Virus record (IMG/VR): IMGVR_UViG_3300046804_003540 | Coordinates: 8,014-72,013 of that record | Strand: one strand, 5' to 3' | DNA from: a virus | DNA length: 64,000 nt | Shown: positions 46,032 through 56,111 of the stretch, in pieces | How the letters are laid out: every line of letters begins with the position of its first letter | Position numbering within the stretch: position 1 is the first letter of the stretch | Notes under the pieces: model-generated | Told to the model about the DNA's origin: nothing | What the model saw: only the letters and a program-made list of their open reading frames with translations | Databases searched by the model: none | Translations under genes and position numbers: made by a program

Positions 46032-46618
46032 TGTTGTTTCACATTCAAAATTTTATCAGCAAATGGATCTGGTGCTGCCACTGGATGCTGTACGCAAGCA
46101 ATGGGATCACCTTGTCCGGCTTCAGTTAAAAACTCAGTGCCTTTGGCAATTTGATTAATAGGACAGCTACAGCGAGCAACTGTGGTTCCGTTAATGGGAT
46201 CTTTTTCATAACGGCACATCATACCCCAACAGTTGGCACTGCCTTCAGCTACCGCACCTGGACAGGCCTGTACTTTGGCTCTAGTTGCAGACTTAGGTGT
46301 TTGTACAAAGTTGTTGGCTTCTTGAGGATAGTGGAATCGGGGCGCAAACAAACTCCAAACTTGCTTAGTAGGATCGTCTACACTGCAACTACCTTTCATA
46401 ACACCAGCACTGGTATCAGCAATGCTGGGGCCATCTAATACTGGACATTTGCACTCAACTTCGGGATAAGTTACGCCATTGTTAGTAGTAATTGTTTTTC
46501 CTGTTGGTTTACAAGTACTGGCAGCACAAAGAGCGTACTTGCCTTTACAAATAGTAAGTTCGCCTGCATGAACAAAGCCAGCTGCAAACAATGATAATGC
46601 CAATATTAGAGCTTTCAT
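46028..46618 (-). CDS. Exported 12-cysteine protein
   Basis: Signal peptide MKALILALSLFAAGFVHA; 12 Cys. Confidence 0.75.
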   Translation of the reverse strand: MKALILALSLFAAGFVHAGELTICKGKYALCAASTCKPTGKTITTNNGVTYPEVECKCPVLDGPSIADTSAGVMKGSCSVDDPTKQVWSLFAPRFHYPQEANNFVQTPKSATRAKVQACPGAVAEGSANCWGMMCRYEKDPINGTTVARCSCPINQIAKGTEFLTEAGQGDPIACVQHPVAAPDPFADKILNVKQQ

Positions 46619-46619
46619 A

Positions 46620-46700
46620 TTAATGATTTCCTGGTGGGATATGTGGGCATGGTTCTTTTGGTCCATGTCTTGTGTGACACTTAGGGCAGAATGGTTCCAT
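46620..46700 (-). CDS. Putative 26-aa Cys/His peptide MEPFCPKCHTRHGPKEPCPHIPPGNH
   Basis: Hand translation; fills the gap between aceA and the next gene. Confidence 0.4.
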   Translation of the reverse strand: MEPFCPKCHTRHGPKEPCPHIPPGNH

Positions 46701-46709
46701 AATTATATC

Positions 46710-47918
46710 TCAATGAAACTGATCTGCTTCAGTACTGCTTTTATTAGCCACTGTTGATGTAGCACCAACTGCTTCGCTTATTAAATCAAAGTAACTGACA
46801 CCAACTTCACGCTGATGTTTTACTGTGGTAAAGCCACGCTCCTGTGCAGCAAACTCACGCTGTTGCATTTCGCTGTAGCCAGCCATACCACGCTGTTTAT
46901 ATGCTTCAGCCAATTCAAATGTAGCCAAGTTAACACTGTGGAAACCTGCTAATGTAATGAATTGGAACTTGTAGCCCAGTTCGCCTAGTTCGCGCTGGAA
47001 AGTTTCACATTCATCTGCACTTAAAAACTTACGCCAATTAAAGCTAGGACTGCAATTGTAGGCAAGCATCTGATCAGGATATACAGCATGAATGGCATCG
47101 GCAAACTTTCTAGCCTGTGCAATGCTAGGCGTCGAAGTTTCGAACCATAATAGATCAGCGTAAGGGGCAAAAGCAAGACCTCTGCTAATACAAGCATCAA
47201 TGCCATTTTTAAATTTGTAAAAACCTTCTTCAGTACGCTCATTTATGATAAAATCCTTGTCTAAAGGGTCATGGTCACTGGTAATTAGTGTAGCGGCTTC
47301 TGCGTCAGTGCGAGCCATGATAACTGTATCAACTCCAGCTACATCAGCAGCTAATCTTGCGGCATTTAGTGTGCGAATCATTTGACTTGTAGGTACAAGT
47401 ACCTTGCCGCCTAAGTGACCACATTTCTTTTCACTGGCCAATTGGTCTTCAAAGTGTACACCTGCGGCGCCAGCTTCAATCATTGCAGCCATCAACTCGT
47501 ATGCATTTAACGCACCACCAAAGCCTGCTTCTGCATCTGCTACAATAGGCAGGAAGTAATCTGTTTCGACTTGTCCTTCGCTGTGCTCGATCTGATCAGC
47601 ACGACGGAAAGCATTGTTGATGCCTTTGATTACACGGGGAACAGAATCGACGGGATACAGTGATTGGTCAGGATAAGTTTGATTAGCAGTATTGTTAGCA
47701 GCCGCAACTTGCCAGCCACTTAAGTAAATTGCTTTTAGTCCTGCTTTGGCATGTTGTACTGCCATTTGACCATTGTACGCACCCAGTGTGTTAATATAAG
47801 GTTCCGTGGCCAACAGCTCTCTCAGCTTTGCGGCTCCTCTTTTAGCTAGGGTATGCTCGATTTGAACACTGCCTTGCAGTTTTTTCACTGTTTCCACAGT
47901 ATAGTTTCGTTTTTTCAT
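46710..47918 (-). CDS. aceA: Isocitrate lyase
   Basis: [54 protein letters not shown]. Confidence 0.97.
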   Translation of the reverse strand: MKKRNYTVETVKKLQGSVQIEHTLAKRGAAKLRELLATEPYINTLGAYNGQMAVQHAKAGLKAIYLSGWQVAAANNTANQTYPDQSLYPVDSVPRVIKGINNAFRRADQIEHSEGQVETDYFLPIVADAEAGFGGALNAYELMAAMIEAGAAGVHFEDQLASEKKCGHLGGKVLVPTSQMIRTLNAARLAADVAGVDTVIMARTDAEAATLITSDHDPLDKDFIINERTEEGFYKFKNGIDACISRGLAFAPYADLLWFETSTPSIAQARKFADAIHAVYPDQMLAYNCSPSFNWRKFLSADECETFQRELGELGYKFQFITLAGFHSVNLATFELAEAYKQRGMAGYSEMQQREFAAQERGFTTVKHQREVGVSYFDLISEAVGATSTVANKSSTEADQFH

Positions 47919-48103
47919 TTTAACTCCAAATAAATTCGATTCTCTTTAACTACGACATCAACAACAATTTTTTCTAGCCCTTCTGTTTTTACAACTACAG
48001 GAATACTGGGCCAGCTCTTAGTTAAATTGCCTGTTTGGCTCTGTTGCATGGCAATGGTACTCCATGCTTGTTTAAGCCGTTCTTGAACATCGTAAGCGTC
48101 CAT
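47915..48103 (-). CDS. Small hypothetical protein
   Basis: Coupled between nrdA and aceA. Confidence 0.65.
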   Translation of the reverse strand: MDAYDVQERLKQAWSTIAMQQSQTGNLTKSWPSIPVVVKTEGLEKIVVDVVVKENRIYLELK

Positions 48104-48106
48104 TAT

Positions 48107-50452
48107 TTACAACTTGCAACTTTCACAGTCTTCTTGATCTTCAAAGTTAATGGCACTGCTGATGCTGCTGCTGATCTGTGCTTCAGGTTGTGCTTCCTGC
48201 ATGTCTGCTTTTGCACCTTGCTTGTTGATAAGACTGTAATAAAATGTTTTCAAGCCCCACTTGTGTGCTTGCATTAGATTCTTAGCAATCAATGTAGTAG
48301 GTACTTTGCGTCCGGGGAAATGTGCAGGATTGTAGAAAGTGTTGGTGCTGATACTTTGGTCAACATACGCAGCCAATACCGCAGCGGTTTTCAAATAACC
48401 CACACAGTCTTTCTGTTCCCACATTAATTCGTATTTGTGTTTTAGTTTGGCATAGTCAGGTGCTACTTGTGTAAACGAACCTGCTTTGCTTTCTTTTACT
48501 GTGATCAAACTCATAGGCATTTCGATGCCATTGGTACTGTCAATTACTACACTGCTGCTTTCCACAGGAGCGATAGCCATTAGTGTAGCGTTTCGAACGC
48601 CCCACTGTCTCATGTTGTTTCGCAGTGTTTCCCAGTCTAGTTCAGGTGTAAAATCTGCTAGTTCATTTACGCCGTCAGCTCTAAGTTCCCAAGGAAAAAT
48701 GCCCTGTCCATATCTTGTTAAGTCACTGTGTCCACATTTGCCGCGTTCACGAGCAAGATCAACTGTGGCTTCTGTTAAGTAAAATGCTTGATGTTCCATC
48801 CATGTCTTTACATCTTGCAGTGCATCTTTGTCGCCATACTTAAAGCCACGCTTGGCATGCCAATTGGCCAAGTTAGTTACGCCAATACCCAAAGGTTGAA
48901 TCTCTTTGTTGCTTAACTCACTTTGTATGGAAAGAAAATCTTGATAGTCCAATATATTGCAAAGGCTACGCTGTAGAATGCGACAAGCCCTACGCATATC
49001 TTCAGGATTACGGAACGCACCCCAGTTAATCGATCCAAGAGTGCAGAGGGCAATGCGGCCGTCAGGATCATCAAGACGCTTAAAAGGACGAGTAGGTAAA
49101 AGTATCTCACAGCACAAATTACTTTGATAAATGGTATGATATTCAGGATTGAAAGGACCTTGGTTCATGACATTGTCAATGAACACAAGATAAATTCTGC
49201 CTGTGTCGGTGCGCTCTTTTAGTATTCCGCTTTTGAATACTTCTTCGGCATTCATGGTCTTTTTACGAAGTCCAGGTGTGCGTTCATACTTGACATATAG
49301 TTCTTCAAACAGTTTACTATTACTGTAAAAAGCTTCGTATAAGTCAGGTACTTCGTTGGGATCAAAGAATGTAATATTCTCTTTATTTTTAAAGCGGCGC
49401 CAAAAGAATGCTGACAGTACTACTCCGTAGTCCATGTGACGAACACGAGTTTCTTCTGTACCTTGATTGTTCTTAAGCACAATAAGGTCATCAAACTGAT
49501 GATGCCAAATAGGATAGAATACAGTAGCTGACGCATTGCGGATACCACCCTGGCTGCAACTACGAAGGTCGCCAAACCATTTCTTAAGGAAAGGAATCAT
49601 ACCAGTGTGCATGATCTCGCCACCGCGAATGGGCGAACCCAGAGGACGCAAACGACCAATTTCTAGACCAATACCAGCTCGCTTGCTGGCATACTTGGCC
49701 ATCATCTCCCCGGATGCAAAAATACTGTCAAGATCGTCGTCACTGCGGATGAGAACACAGCTACTAAATTGTTTTGTTGGAGTGCCCAGACCAGCAAGAA
49801 CAGGAGTGGCAAGAGTGAAAAGACCGTCGCTAGCCGCATTGTAATATTCCTTTATGTAGCGCATTCTCGCTGTGTTGGGTTCTTCTTTGTGAAATACAGT
49901 TGCAGCTGCTATCATATATCGAACCTGCGGAGTTTCATAAATTTCTTTTGTGGCACGATTGCGTACTAGATATTTTTCTATCAGCTGTTCAATGGCTGCA
50001 TAACTGTACTGTTCATCTTTTTCATGATCCAGCATTTCATTCATTCGGTCCCAGTCTGCTTCACTATACCATTCCAACAGTTCAGGAGTATACAGACCAA
50101 CTGCCACATTTCGTTTTACAATGTCATAAAGATGTGGCACTTCATAGCTGCCGTAGACATCCTTACGCAACATGCTAAGACGCTGTTTGCCTGCAACATA
50201 TTGATAGTTGACATGGCCAACATCAGGATTAGACTCTACATCGATCAAGTCTACAATAGCTCTTAGAGTTAGTGCGTCAATTTCTTTAGTTGTGATACCG
50301 TCAAAAAACTGTGGATGTGTTTTGATTTCAATCATGCTTTGACTGACATCGGCTACACCTTTGCATACTTTTTGAATCTGTGCTTGCCACTTTTCTAGAT
50401 TTAATTGTTCTTTTGTGCCGTCTCGTTTAATAACTTGAATCATTGTGCTCAA
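48107..50452 (-). CDS. nrdA: Ribonucleotide reductase class Ia alpha subunit
   Basis: ATP cone (VIKRDG), TP..AG, SSC, QSNLCCEI, LCTL, P..SSS, C-terminal CESC. Confidence 0.97.
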   Translation of the reverse strand: MSTMIQVIKRDGTKEQLNLEKWQAQIQKVCKGVADVSQSMIEIKTHPQFFDGITTKEIDALTLRAIVDLIDVESNPDVGHVNYQYVAGKQRLSMLRKDVYGSYEVPHLYDIVKRNVAVGLYTPELLEWYSEADWDRMNEMLDHEKDEQYSYAAIEQLIEKYLVRNRATKEIYETPQVRYMIAAATVFHKEEPNTARMRYIKEYYNAASDGLFTLATPVLAGLGTPTKQFSSCVLIRSDDDLDSIFASGEMMAKYASKRAGIGLEIGRLRPLGSPIRGGEIMHTGMIPFLKKWFGDLRSCSQGGIRNASATVFYPIWHHQFDDLIVLKNNQGTEETRVRHMDYGVVLSAFFWRRFKNKENITFFDPNEVPDLYEAFYSNSKLFEELYVKYERTPGLRKKTMNAEEVFKSGILKERTDTGRIYLVFIDNVMNQGPFNPEYHTIYQSNLCCEILLPTRPFKRLDDPDGRIALCTLGSINWGAFRNPEDMRRACRILQRSLCNILDYQDFLSIQSELSNKEIQPLGIGVTNLANWHAKRGFKYGDKDALQDVKTWMEHQAFYLTEATVDLARERGKCGHSDLTRYGQGIFPWELRADGVNELADFTPELDWETLRNNMRQWGVRNATLMAIAPVESSSVVIDSTNGIEMPMSLITVKESKAGSFTQVAPDYAKLKHKYELMWEQKDCVGYLKTAAVLAAYVDQSISTNTFYNPAHFPGRKVPTTLIAKNLMQAHKWGLKTFYYSLINKQGAKADMQEAQPEAQISSSISSAINFEDQEDCESCKL

Positions 50453-50456
50453 TCTC

Positions 50457-50912
50457 TTATTGTAATAGTTCTAACCCTAAATCCTTAACGGAAATAGTTT
50501 TCTTTAGTTTAAGTGTCTTGTCAATCTGTGTTTTATTTAATACAGTATCATGTTCCATATTAAGAACATATTTTCCTTGGTCAACAAATAATAAATTATA
50601 TTGCGCCATGGATGATGGCTCATAATATACTCTTATTTCTAATTCGGGGCGGTGCTCACTTAGATATAGAGTATACAACATTCCTAGTGCAATTGCAAGA
50701 TTGCAGTAGTAGTTTTCGAATAATAATTCCCAAGGTCCAGGCCAATCTTTGACTTCATCCAGTGTAAGATAGTATTTTTGATATGGCGCATAAGTCCATA
50801 GGTGTTCGGTTTCCCAAACTGCTTGTTCTAGGGATAACGAACTGATGCGATGTCTAAAATCCTGCCATAACCTTAAACGGTCATAGGGCATTTCGTTCCA
50901 AAAATTATTCAA
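50457..50912 (-). CDS. Conserved-type phage hypothetical protein
   Basis: WPGPWELL…YC..A.ALGM.YTL; TTG start. Confidence 0.7.
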   Translation of the reverse strand: MNNFWNEMPYDRLRLWQDFRHRISSLSLEQAVWETEHLWTYAPYQKYYLTLDEVKDWPGPWELLFENYYCNLAIALGMLYTLYLSEHRPELEIRVYYEPSSMAQYNLLFVDQGKYVLNMEHDTVLNKTQIDKTLKLKKTISVKDLGLELLQ

Positions 50913-51428
50913 TTAAGACCAAGAAACTTTAGTAAAATTATACTTTAAATTAGCATCAATACCAGTGTTGGTAGTTTTGTATTGCACTGCCGCAATGTTG
51001 CCGAACATGTTAACTGACAATACAACGCCCACATTGGCTGTTTCTACGAATGTGTCAGAGTAAGCAACAGTTGTATTATACTGTGCTATTGTTAGTGTAC
51101 CTGTTTTATAGTTATCACCACGCTGTACGCTATAATCCACTGTTACACTGGGTGTTGTATTTGCAAAATATAAATCGCCGCCTATGTTGGCATTGGCGCT
51201 GGTGTTATTAGTTAAAGTATAAGCAGTGGAATAAGCTACATTAGGCAAATCATTTTCTGTAAGAATTCTTGTATTGCCTACTTCAGGTGCGCCTTCAGCT
51301 AGGGTACCATTACCAATGTACAATTGTTGTGTGTCTACAGCCCAGCCTAGTTCTGCACTGGCTAGCTGTGGTAAGTTTTCTTCAACGCCCCTGCGATGTT
51401 TGATCTGACTGATTTGAACTATGGCCAT
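50913..51428 (-). CDS. Virion protein with an Mtd-N-like domain
   Basis: QI.HRRG…LPQLA.AELGWAVDT..LYIGNG. Confidence 0.75.
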   Translation of the reverse strand: MAIVQISQIKHRRGVEENLPQLASAELGWAVDTQQLYIGNGTLAEGAPEVGNTRILTENDLPNVAYSTAYTLTNNTSANANIGGDLYFANTTPSVTVDYSVQRGDNYKTGTLTIAQYNTTVAYSDTFVETANVGVVLSVNMFGNIAAVQYKTTNTGIDANLKYNFTKVSWS

Positions 51429-51452
51429 GTTCTTGTTATCCTAATGTTGTAT

Positions 51453-52136
51453 TTAGTACAAACTATAATACTGCTGTATGCGATTGAGCCACTTTTCAGT
51501 CCAATCCTCAAATTCTTGGCCTTCTACTGTAAATTCCTGATACTCAAAGTTTCCACTGCACATTAAAATAACACCCTGTTTTATATCAGTGCCATGTGTT
51601 TCATTGTGTGCTAGTGCGTAGGCTGCTAACTGTAAAAAATAATCTTCAATCCACTCACGCTTTTTGGGTTTATTTGTTTGTTTAAAGTCCAAAATAGCAG
51701 GTTTTCCATTCCAAACTGCAATACAGTCTGTGGTGCCTGCGTATAACCCACTGCAATATAATGGAACTTCTACTCCCCAGTATTCCTGTACCTTTTTGCC
51801 CAGGCCTTCAAAAATAATTGTATTGGCCATGCCATGACTTTGTTTACTAAAAGGATTAGTACCAGGCTGTCCCAGTTCACCATCTTTAATAAAGTTTTCT
51901 AGCCACTTGTGCATTCTTGTTCCACGATTAGCAGCTTCTGTAGTAATCTGCTGAGCAGCTGCTTCACCAACACTCTTACGCCAACGCATTAACGCTTGCA
52001 CTTTTTCCTGTGGTTTAGTAGCATCTAGGATTGTTGTAACTGACGGAACTTTAGTACCATCGGGCAAACAATAGTGTCTGCGGCCATCTACGCTTTCGCG
52101 ATTAATAGGGGTATAGTTATATTTTTGAATTAACAT
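51453..52136 (-). CDS. PD-(D/E)XK exonuclease
   Basis: PSVTTIL, RGT.MH, E, AGTTD, DFKQ, QLAAY. Confidence 0.9.
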   Translation of the reverse strand: MLIQKYNYTPINRESVDGRRHYCLPDGTKVPSVTTILDATKPQEKVQALMRWRKSVGEAAAQQITTEAANRGTRMHKWLENFIKDGELGQPGTNPFSKQSHGMANTIIFEGLGKKVQEYWGVEVPLYCSGLYAGTTDCIAVWNGKPAILDFKQTNKPKKREWIEDYFLQLAAYALAHNETHGTDIKQGVILMCSGNFEYQEFTVEGQEFEDWTEKWLNRIQQYYSLY

Positions 52137-52831
52137 GATATTTGAGATAAAAATTTTTCTGCTATTGCAATGTGTGTTTTAGGTCCAGGGTGTGCAAAAT
52201 CTCTGCCAACATCCATGGGTTCGTCTATCCAGTTATTTGTTAGATCTTGATATAGATTAAAATTATAAATTTTAGAGAAGTTATTTACATAAATTTTATT
52301 TTTTGCAGTCCAGTTAGTTACATTATGATCTGTTAATAGTCTTAATGCACTTTTGTCATTACTCCACGATGATATAGAATCAATACCATACTGATCATAC
52401 AGTTCATATCTGTACATATCGGGCCATAGTATTAAAACAATTTTTGGCCTTAATAGCGGTACATAATTTGTAATTAATCTTGCCACAGTGTCCGAACTGC
52501 CACCACCGTGGCCATAATTATAGACTTTGTAAGTAGGTAATCTCTGCTGTATGATTTCAGGCCACGGAGTTTGAACTGCTACACCTTCAGTGTGACTACA
52601 ACCAAAACATAAAATTGTATTGTCGGTATTTGCTAAGTCAACTTGATGCGTTCTAAAACCTTGACTGTTATAGGTATAAGTTATGCTGGTCTCAGTGTAA
52701 TCAGGATGCGGATTTTTCTTGTAATTTTCTTCACTGTCCATGCCTGACCAATACTCGGTTGCATTGAGAGGATTCCACCCGTGGCGAGCTAGGTAGCCTT
52801 CTTGCCAATGATTTTGTATTGATTTCATCAA
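52130..52831 (-). CDS. SGNH-like hydrolase-fold protein
   Basis: FGCSHTEG, N.G..G.S, RD..HPG. Confidence 0.7.
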   Translation of the reverse strand: MMKSIQNHWQEGYLARHGWNPLNATEYWSGMDSEENYKKNPHPDYTETSITYTYNSQGFRTHQVDLANTDNTILCFGCSHTEGVAVQTPWPEIIQQRLPTYKVYNYGHGGGSSDTVARLITNYVPLLRPKIVLILWPDMYRYELYDQYGIDSISSWSNDKSALRLLTDHNVTNWTAKNKIYVNNFSKIYNFNLYQDLTNNWIDEPMDVGRDFAHPGPKTHIAIAEKFLSQISC

Positions 52832-53148
52832 ACTCTAAAACTTTCTCCGCAACCACAGCGATCTCGCTCATTTGGATTGATAAATTCAAATCCTTCATTA
52901 AGACCATTTCGTTTGTAGTCTATTGTAAGTCCCTGCAGATATACGCAACTTTTTGGATCTACAAATATCTTACAGTCGGCACAGTCTATGCATTGGTCTT
53001 CAGGCTGTGGTTGATCAACATATTCTAACACATAAGCCAGTCCGCTGCAACCGGTAGTTCGAACACCAACGCGAAGTCCAACACCTCGACCTCTTTTGGC
53101 AAGCTGTTGTTGGACTTTTCGAGCTGCTAGTTCAGTTAGCGTTATCAT
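52828..53148 (-). CDS. iscA: Fe-S cluster assembly A-type carrier IscA
   Basis: TGCSGLAY, CGCGESF. Confidence 0.95.
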   Translation of the reverse strand: MITLTELAARKVQQQLAKRGRGVGLRVGVRTTGCSGLAYVLEYVDQPQPEDQCIDCADCKIFVDPKSCVYLQGLTIDYKRNGLNEGFEFINPNERDRCGCGESFRV

Positions 53149-53524
53149 GTCGTTTGCGATAGTCTGCTACTGCGGCTTTGATAGCATCTTCCGCTAAAAT
53201 AGAACAATGGATCTTAACTGGAGGCAGTGCCAGTTCTTCGGCTATTTCGCTGTTTTTGATACTACCGGCTTCGTCCAAAGTTTTGCCTTTGACCCACTCT
53301 GTTACCAAACTGCTGCTGGCAATGGCAGAACCACAACCATAGGTTTTAAATTTGGCATCAGTAATAATACCCGTTTTGGGATCAACTTTGATTTGTAATT
53401 TCATCACATCACCGCAAGCAGGCGCACCTACCATGCCTGTACCAATGTCTTGTTCGTCTTTGGCAAAACTGCCAACATTTCGGGGATGTTCGTAATGATC
53501 AATCACGGCTTGACTATAGGCCAT
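53132..53524 (-). CDS. iscU: Fe-S cluster scaffold IscU
   Basis: GAPACGDVM, GCGSAIASSS, LPPVKIHCS. Confidence 0.97.
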   Translation of the reverse strand: MAYSQAVIDHYEHPRNVGSFAKDEQDIGTGMVGAPACGDVMKLQIKVDPKTGIITDAKFKTYGCGSAIASSSLVTEWVKGKTLDEAGSIKNSEIAEELALPPVKIHCSILAEDAIKAAVADYRKRHDNAN

Positions 53525-53556
53525 ATAAATCTCCTCAGTGATTATACTGTATTTAA

Positions 53557-53937
53557 TTAGTCTTGTCTACGCTTCATGGCGCTTTTGGCCATGTTGGCGA
53601 CTGTTTGTTCTAGATTGTCTACTGGAGCGCCTTTGGCTTCGGGCTCTTCAGGATTGTTAACACTGCTATAACTGTGTGTAACAAAAACGATTTCATCGGG
53701 TGTGATTTGTTTTACAATGTTCTTCATAGCAGGAATAGCTTCATTGGCTGCTCTTAAGTCATCTACTGTAAAACTGGTTAAGCCTGTGTTTTGAATTAGT
53801 CGCACAATAAACTGTACAGGCAGTTTAGCCTGTAGTTCACCTTGGTCAACTTTGCTTTTTATAAGGCTCAAAGCAGTGACGATGCTGCTGTTATCGTCAC
53901 TGGTTTCAGTCACGCGAATAAAATCTCTGGCTCGCAT
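53557..53937 (-). CDS. Hypothetical (putative head-associated) protein
   Basis: Leader MRARDFI..TE. Confidence 0.7.
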   Translation of the reverse strand: MRARDFIRVTETSDDNSSIVTALSLIKSKVDQGELQAKLPVQFIVRLIQNTGLTSFTVDDLRAANEAIPAMKNIVKQITPDEIVFVTHSYSSVNNPEEPEAKGAPVDNLEQTVANMAKSAMKRRQD

Positions 53938-54608
53938 TATCGTCTTTCGCGGCCAAGTTCTTCTTCACCGCCTGCAGCTGCATCAGCTGTGGCAAAGTCT
54001 TCACCACCTGCTTCTAGGTCTGCATCTGGCGCAGGCATTTCTGCACCACCTACTGCACCTGCACCACCCAGTGCCATTGGCTCAGCAACTTGCTCGCCCG
54101 CCAGTTGACGACTGCCATTGTCTAGGCTGTCACGAGCAGTGTTCAACGAATCCATTAAACCCTGTAGTGCGCCTGTAGCAGTAGTTTTAAACTGATCTGC
54201 TTGCGCAGCACCCATTTGGTCACGAATAGTGTCTAGCAGTGGAGGTAGCTGTTCGTTTAACATTTTAGAAGCATCGGTGATCATGTCCTGAATGCTGTCT
54301 ACCATGTCTTTGGCTGCTAGTACTGCTTCAGCAGTTTCTAGTTCGCCTTCGGTTAGTAGTCTGTTGTCACGCAACCAAGCATCAACGCCTTCTTTTACCA
54401 TGAACATTTCCATGTATTTAGGGTTCTGTTCAGCTGTATGAATGCCATAGCTTTGGCGGATTTTATTAAGACTTTCTTCAATGGCAATGCTTAGGCGCTG
54501 TGCTTTAGTATAAGTCATGTTGTCATAGTCTACTGTAAAACCAAAGCGGCTTTCCATAACTTTGTTAAGACGGTGTGTCTTTTTAGGTGCAAGTTCTTTT
54601 AAATTCAT
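53937..54608 (-). CDS. Putative prohead core/scaffold-like helical protein
   Basis: Leader MNLKEL, internal LTE, acidic tail ending LGRERR. Confidence 0.6.
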   Translation of the reverse strand: MNLKELAPKKTHRLNKVMESRFGFTVDYDNMTYTKAQRLSIAIEESLNKIRQSYGIHTAEQNPKYMEMFMVKEGVDAWLRDNRLLTEGELETAEAVLAAKDMVDSIQDMITDASKMLNEQLPPLLDTIRDQMGAAQADQFKTTATGALQGLMDSLNTARDSLDNGSRQLAGEQVAEPMALGGAGAVGGAEMPAPDADLEAGGEDFATADAAAGGEEELGRERR

Positions 54609-55117
54609 AATATGGTATCCCAGATTTTATTATATTTATGCGTAATCATTGTTTTCTTGAATTCCGATTCGGCTCGTTTTAGCCTAGCATAAGCTTCTTG
54701 AAATTTAGCTAAAATGATGTCTCTGTTTGACGCAGGGCCGGCTTTTTTATTGTTTAGCTTGTAGTACAGTATGTCATACTCTGCTCTAGCCAAGCCCAGT
54801 TCAGTGTCTACCCTAAGTAGATTATCTGAACTGGTGAATTTATAGAGTTTTTCGTAGGCACAGTAGTAAATTGCTATCTGTTTGTTTTGAAAATGATGTA
54901 AAAACTTGCCGTCTTTGTGTACTTTGGCCGTATTATCTGACAGTATTTTAATATCAAAATCACCTATGCCATAATGACGGTCTGAATATTCTAAACAAAA
55001 GGGTTTTGGGTTGTGTTTAAGTTTTGTAAGCTCGTTGTGAGACCAAAGTTCGATTTTTTTAATTGTTAAATTAACTAAAAGTTTACCTAGTTTTTCTTTT
55101 ATAGACGATACGGCCAT
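54605..55117 (-). CDS. Hypothetical protein
   Basis: 170-aa ORF in an operon. Confidence 0.7.
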   Translation of the reverse strand: MAVSSIKEKLGKLLVNLTIKKIELWSHNELTKLKHNPKPFCLEYSDRHYGIGDFDIKILSDNTAKVHKDGKFLHHFQNKQIAIYYCAYEKLYKFTSSDNLLRVDTELGLARAEYDILYYKLNNKKAGPASNRDIILAKFQEAYARLKRAESEFKKTMITHKYNKIWDTIL

Positions 55118-55295
55118 TTTCTTTGATTCTCTTTAGTACATTTTTATTTACTAGATTGTTGGCCATGAGTTGTTGCCTTTGATCCAAGTCACGGCGTGCC
55201 ATGCTTGGAGTTTGTTCGTCAAACTGCAATAACAGATCTGCTTCTTCGTTTGTGATAGCTACGGACATTCCATTAGTGATTTCTACTATTTTCAT
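55083..55295 (-). CDS. Small winged-helix-like protein
   Basis: ITNEE..LL…ANNLVNKNVL.R. Confidence 0.6.
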   Translation of the reverse strand: MKIVEITNGMSVAITNEEADLLLQFDEQTPSMARRDLDQRQQLMANNLVNKNVLKRIKENGRIVYKRKTR

Positions 55296-55552
55296 TTTTG
55301 TGCCAAGTGTATTAGTAAACTGATTATAGCCGTAAACATAACGCCTAAAATAGTAGTGCCTATAGTAATAAATTTACCGTCTATGCCGCTGGTTTTATTA
55401 GTAATAGAATCTTTGATTTCAATAAGGTGGTTTTCGACTGTGTCTAGTCGTTTTTCGACATCAGTAAGTTTATTTTCCAACTGTTTGTACCTTTCAGCGC
55501 AAAGCTCAACGTGCGCCTCAAGATTCTCTTTTTCAATCGCGGTGGTTGCCAT
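55292..55552 (-). CDS. Coiled-coil protein with C-terminal TM helix
   Basis: LEAHVELCAERY coiled coil followed by a TM helix. Confidence 0.75.
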   Translation of the reverse strand: MATTAIEKENLEAHVELCAERYKQLENKLTDVEKRLDTVENHLIEIKDSITNKTSGIDGKFITIGTTILGVMFTAIISLLIHLAQK

Positions 55553-55573
55553 ATTATCTCTTGGGTTAAATGA

Positions 55574-55630
55574 GATGCGTGTCGTGTGCCTTTGTGTGCC
55601 ATAAAGAGTGCCTATTGGTGCCTGAGCATC
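55574..55630 (-). repeat. Four GGCAC repeats enclosed by a GATGC/GCATC stem in a 5' UTR
   Basis: GTGCC (plus strand) at 55586, 55596, 55608 and 55618. Confidence 0.65.
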
Positions 55631-55638
55631 AACATTAT

Positions 55639-56043
55639 TTATAGTTTGATGTTTAATTGTTTAAAGTATATGTTTTTTAAATGACCCTGTGTAAAAAACA
55701 CGGGCAACATAAATCTCGCAGTTTCGTCTAGGCCCACTATAATGGGTACTTGGTCGAAGTCTTCTTCCAGTATGTCTAAGTTATAGAAATCGTCTCGTTC
55801 TCCACGAAATTGAAAAGCCCAAATCGAGTGTCGGCCTTCATAAAACTCGCCAAACTCAAAATATTTAAGTTCTTCATTGGCCCACAGGCCTGGACGATTA
55901 ATGATAATGGGCTGTGTTTTAAGGCCCAGTACTTGTAGCACAGTTTCCCAATTACGCTGTTGATCCCTGACTAAGGATTCACCTTTAATTACGCCGGTAG
56001 CTGTAACATCAACTAGAGTAAAAGCTGTTATTACGGGTTCCAT
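55639..56043 (-). CDS. Hypothetical protein
   Basis: TLVDVT.TG, QQRNWET..Q; ATG just after TATAAATA. Confidence 0.75.
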   Translation of the reverse strand: MEPVITAFTLVDVTATGVIKGESLVRDQQRNWETVLQVLGLKTQPIIINRPGLWANEELKYFEFGEFYEGRHSIWAFQFRGERDDFYNLDILEEDFDQVPIIVGLDETARFMLPVFFTQGHLKNIYFKQLNIKL

Positions 56044-56062
56044 ACAGATATTTATAGCCAAC

Positions 56063-56089
56063 AAAAAAGGCACTGCGAAAGTGCCTTTG
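56063..56089 (-). terminator. Intrinsic terminator
   Basis: AAAGGCACT/AGTGCCTTT hairpin with a T-run. Confidence 0.75.
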
Positions 56090-56111
56090 TTTGTGTTGTG
56101 TAAACTTCTGA

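Noticed and set aside
50913-51428. Diversity-generating retroelement suggested by the Mtd-N-like domain
   Set aside because: No reverse transcriptase and no template/variable repeat pair seen in the window.
15685-53524. Cellular (bacterial chromosome) origin because of many metabolic genes
   Set aside because: These genes are interleaved with T4-like replication, PAAR and virion genes and lack their usual operon partners.
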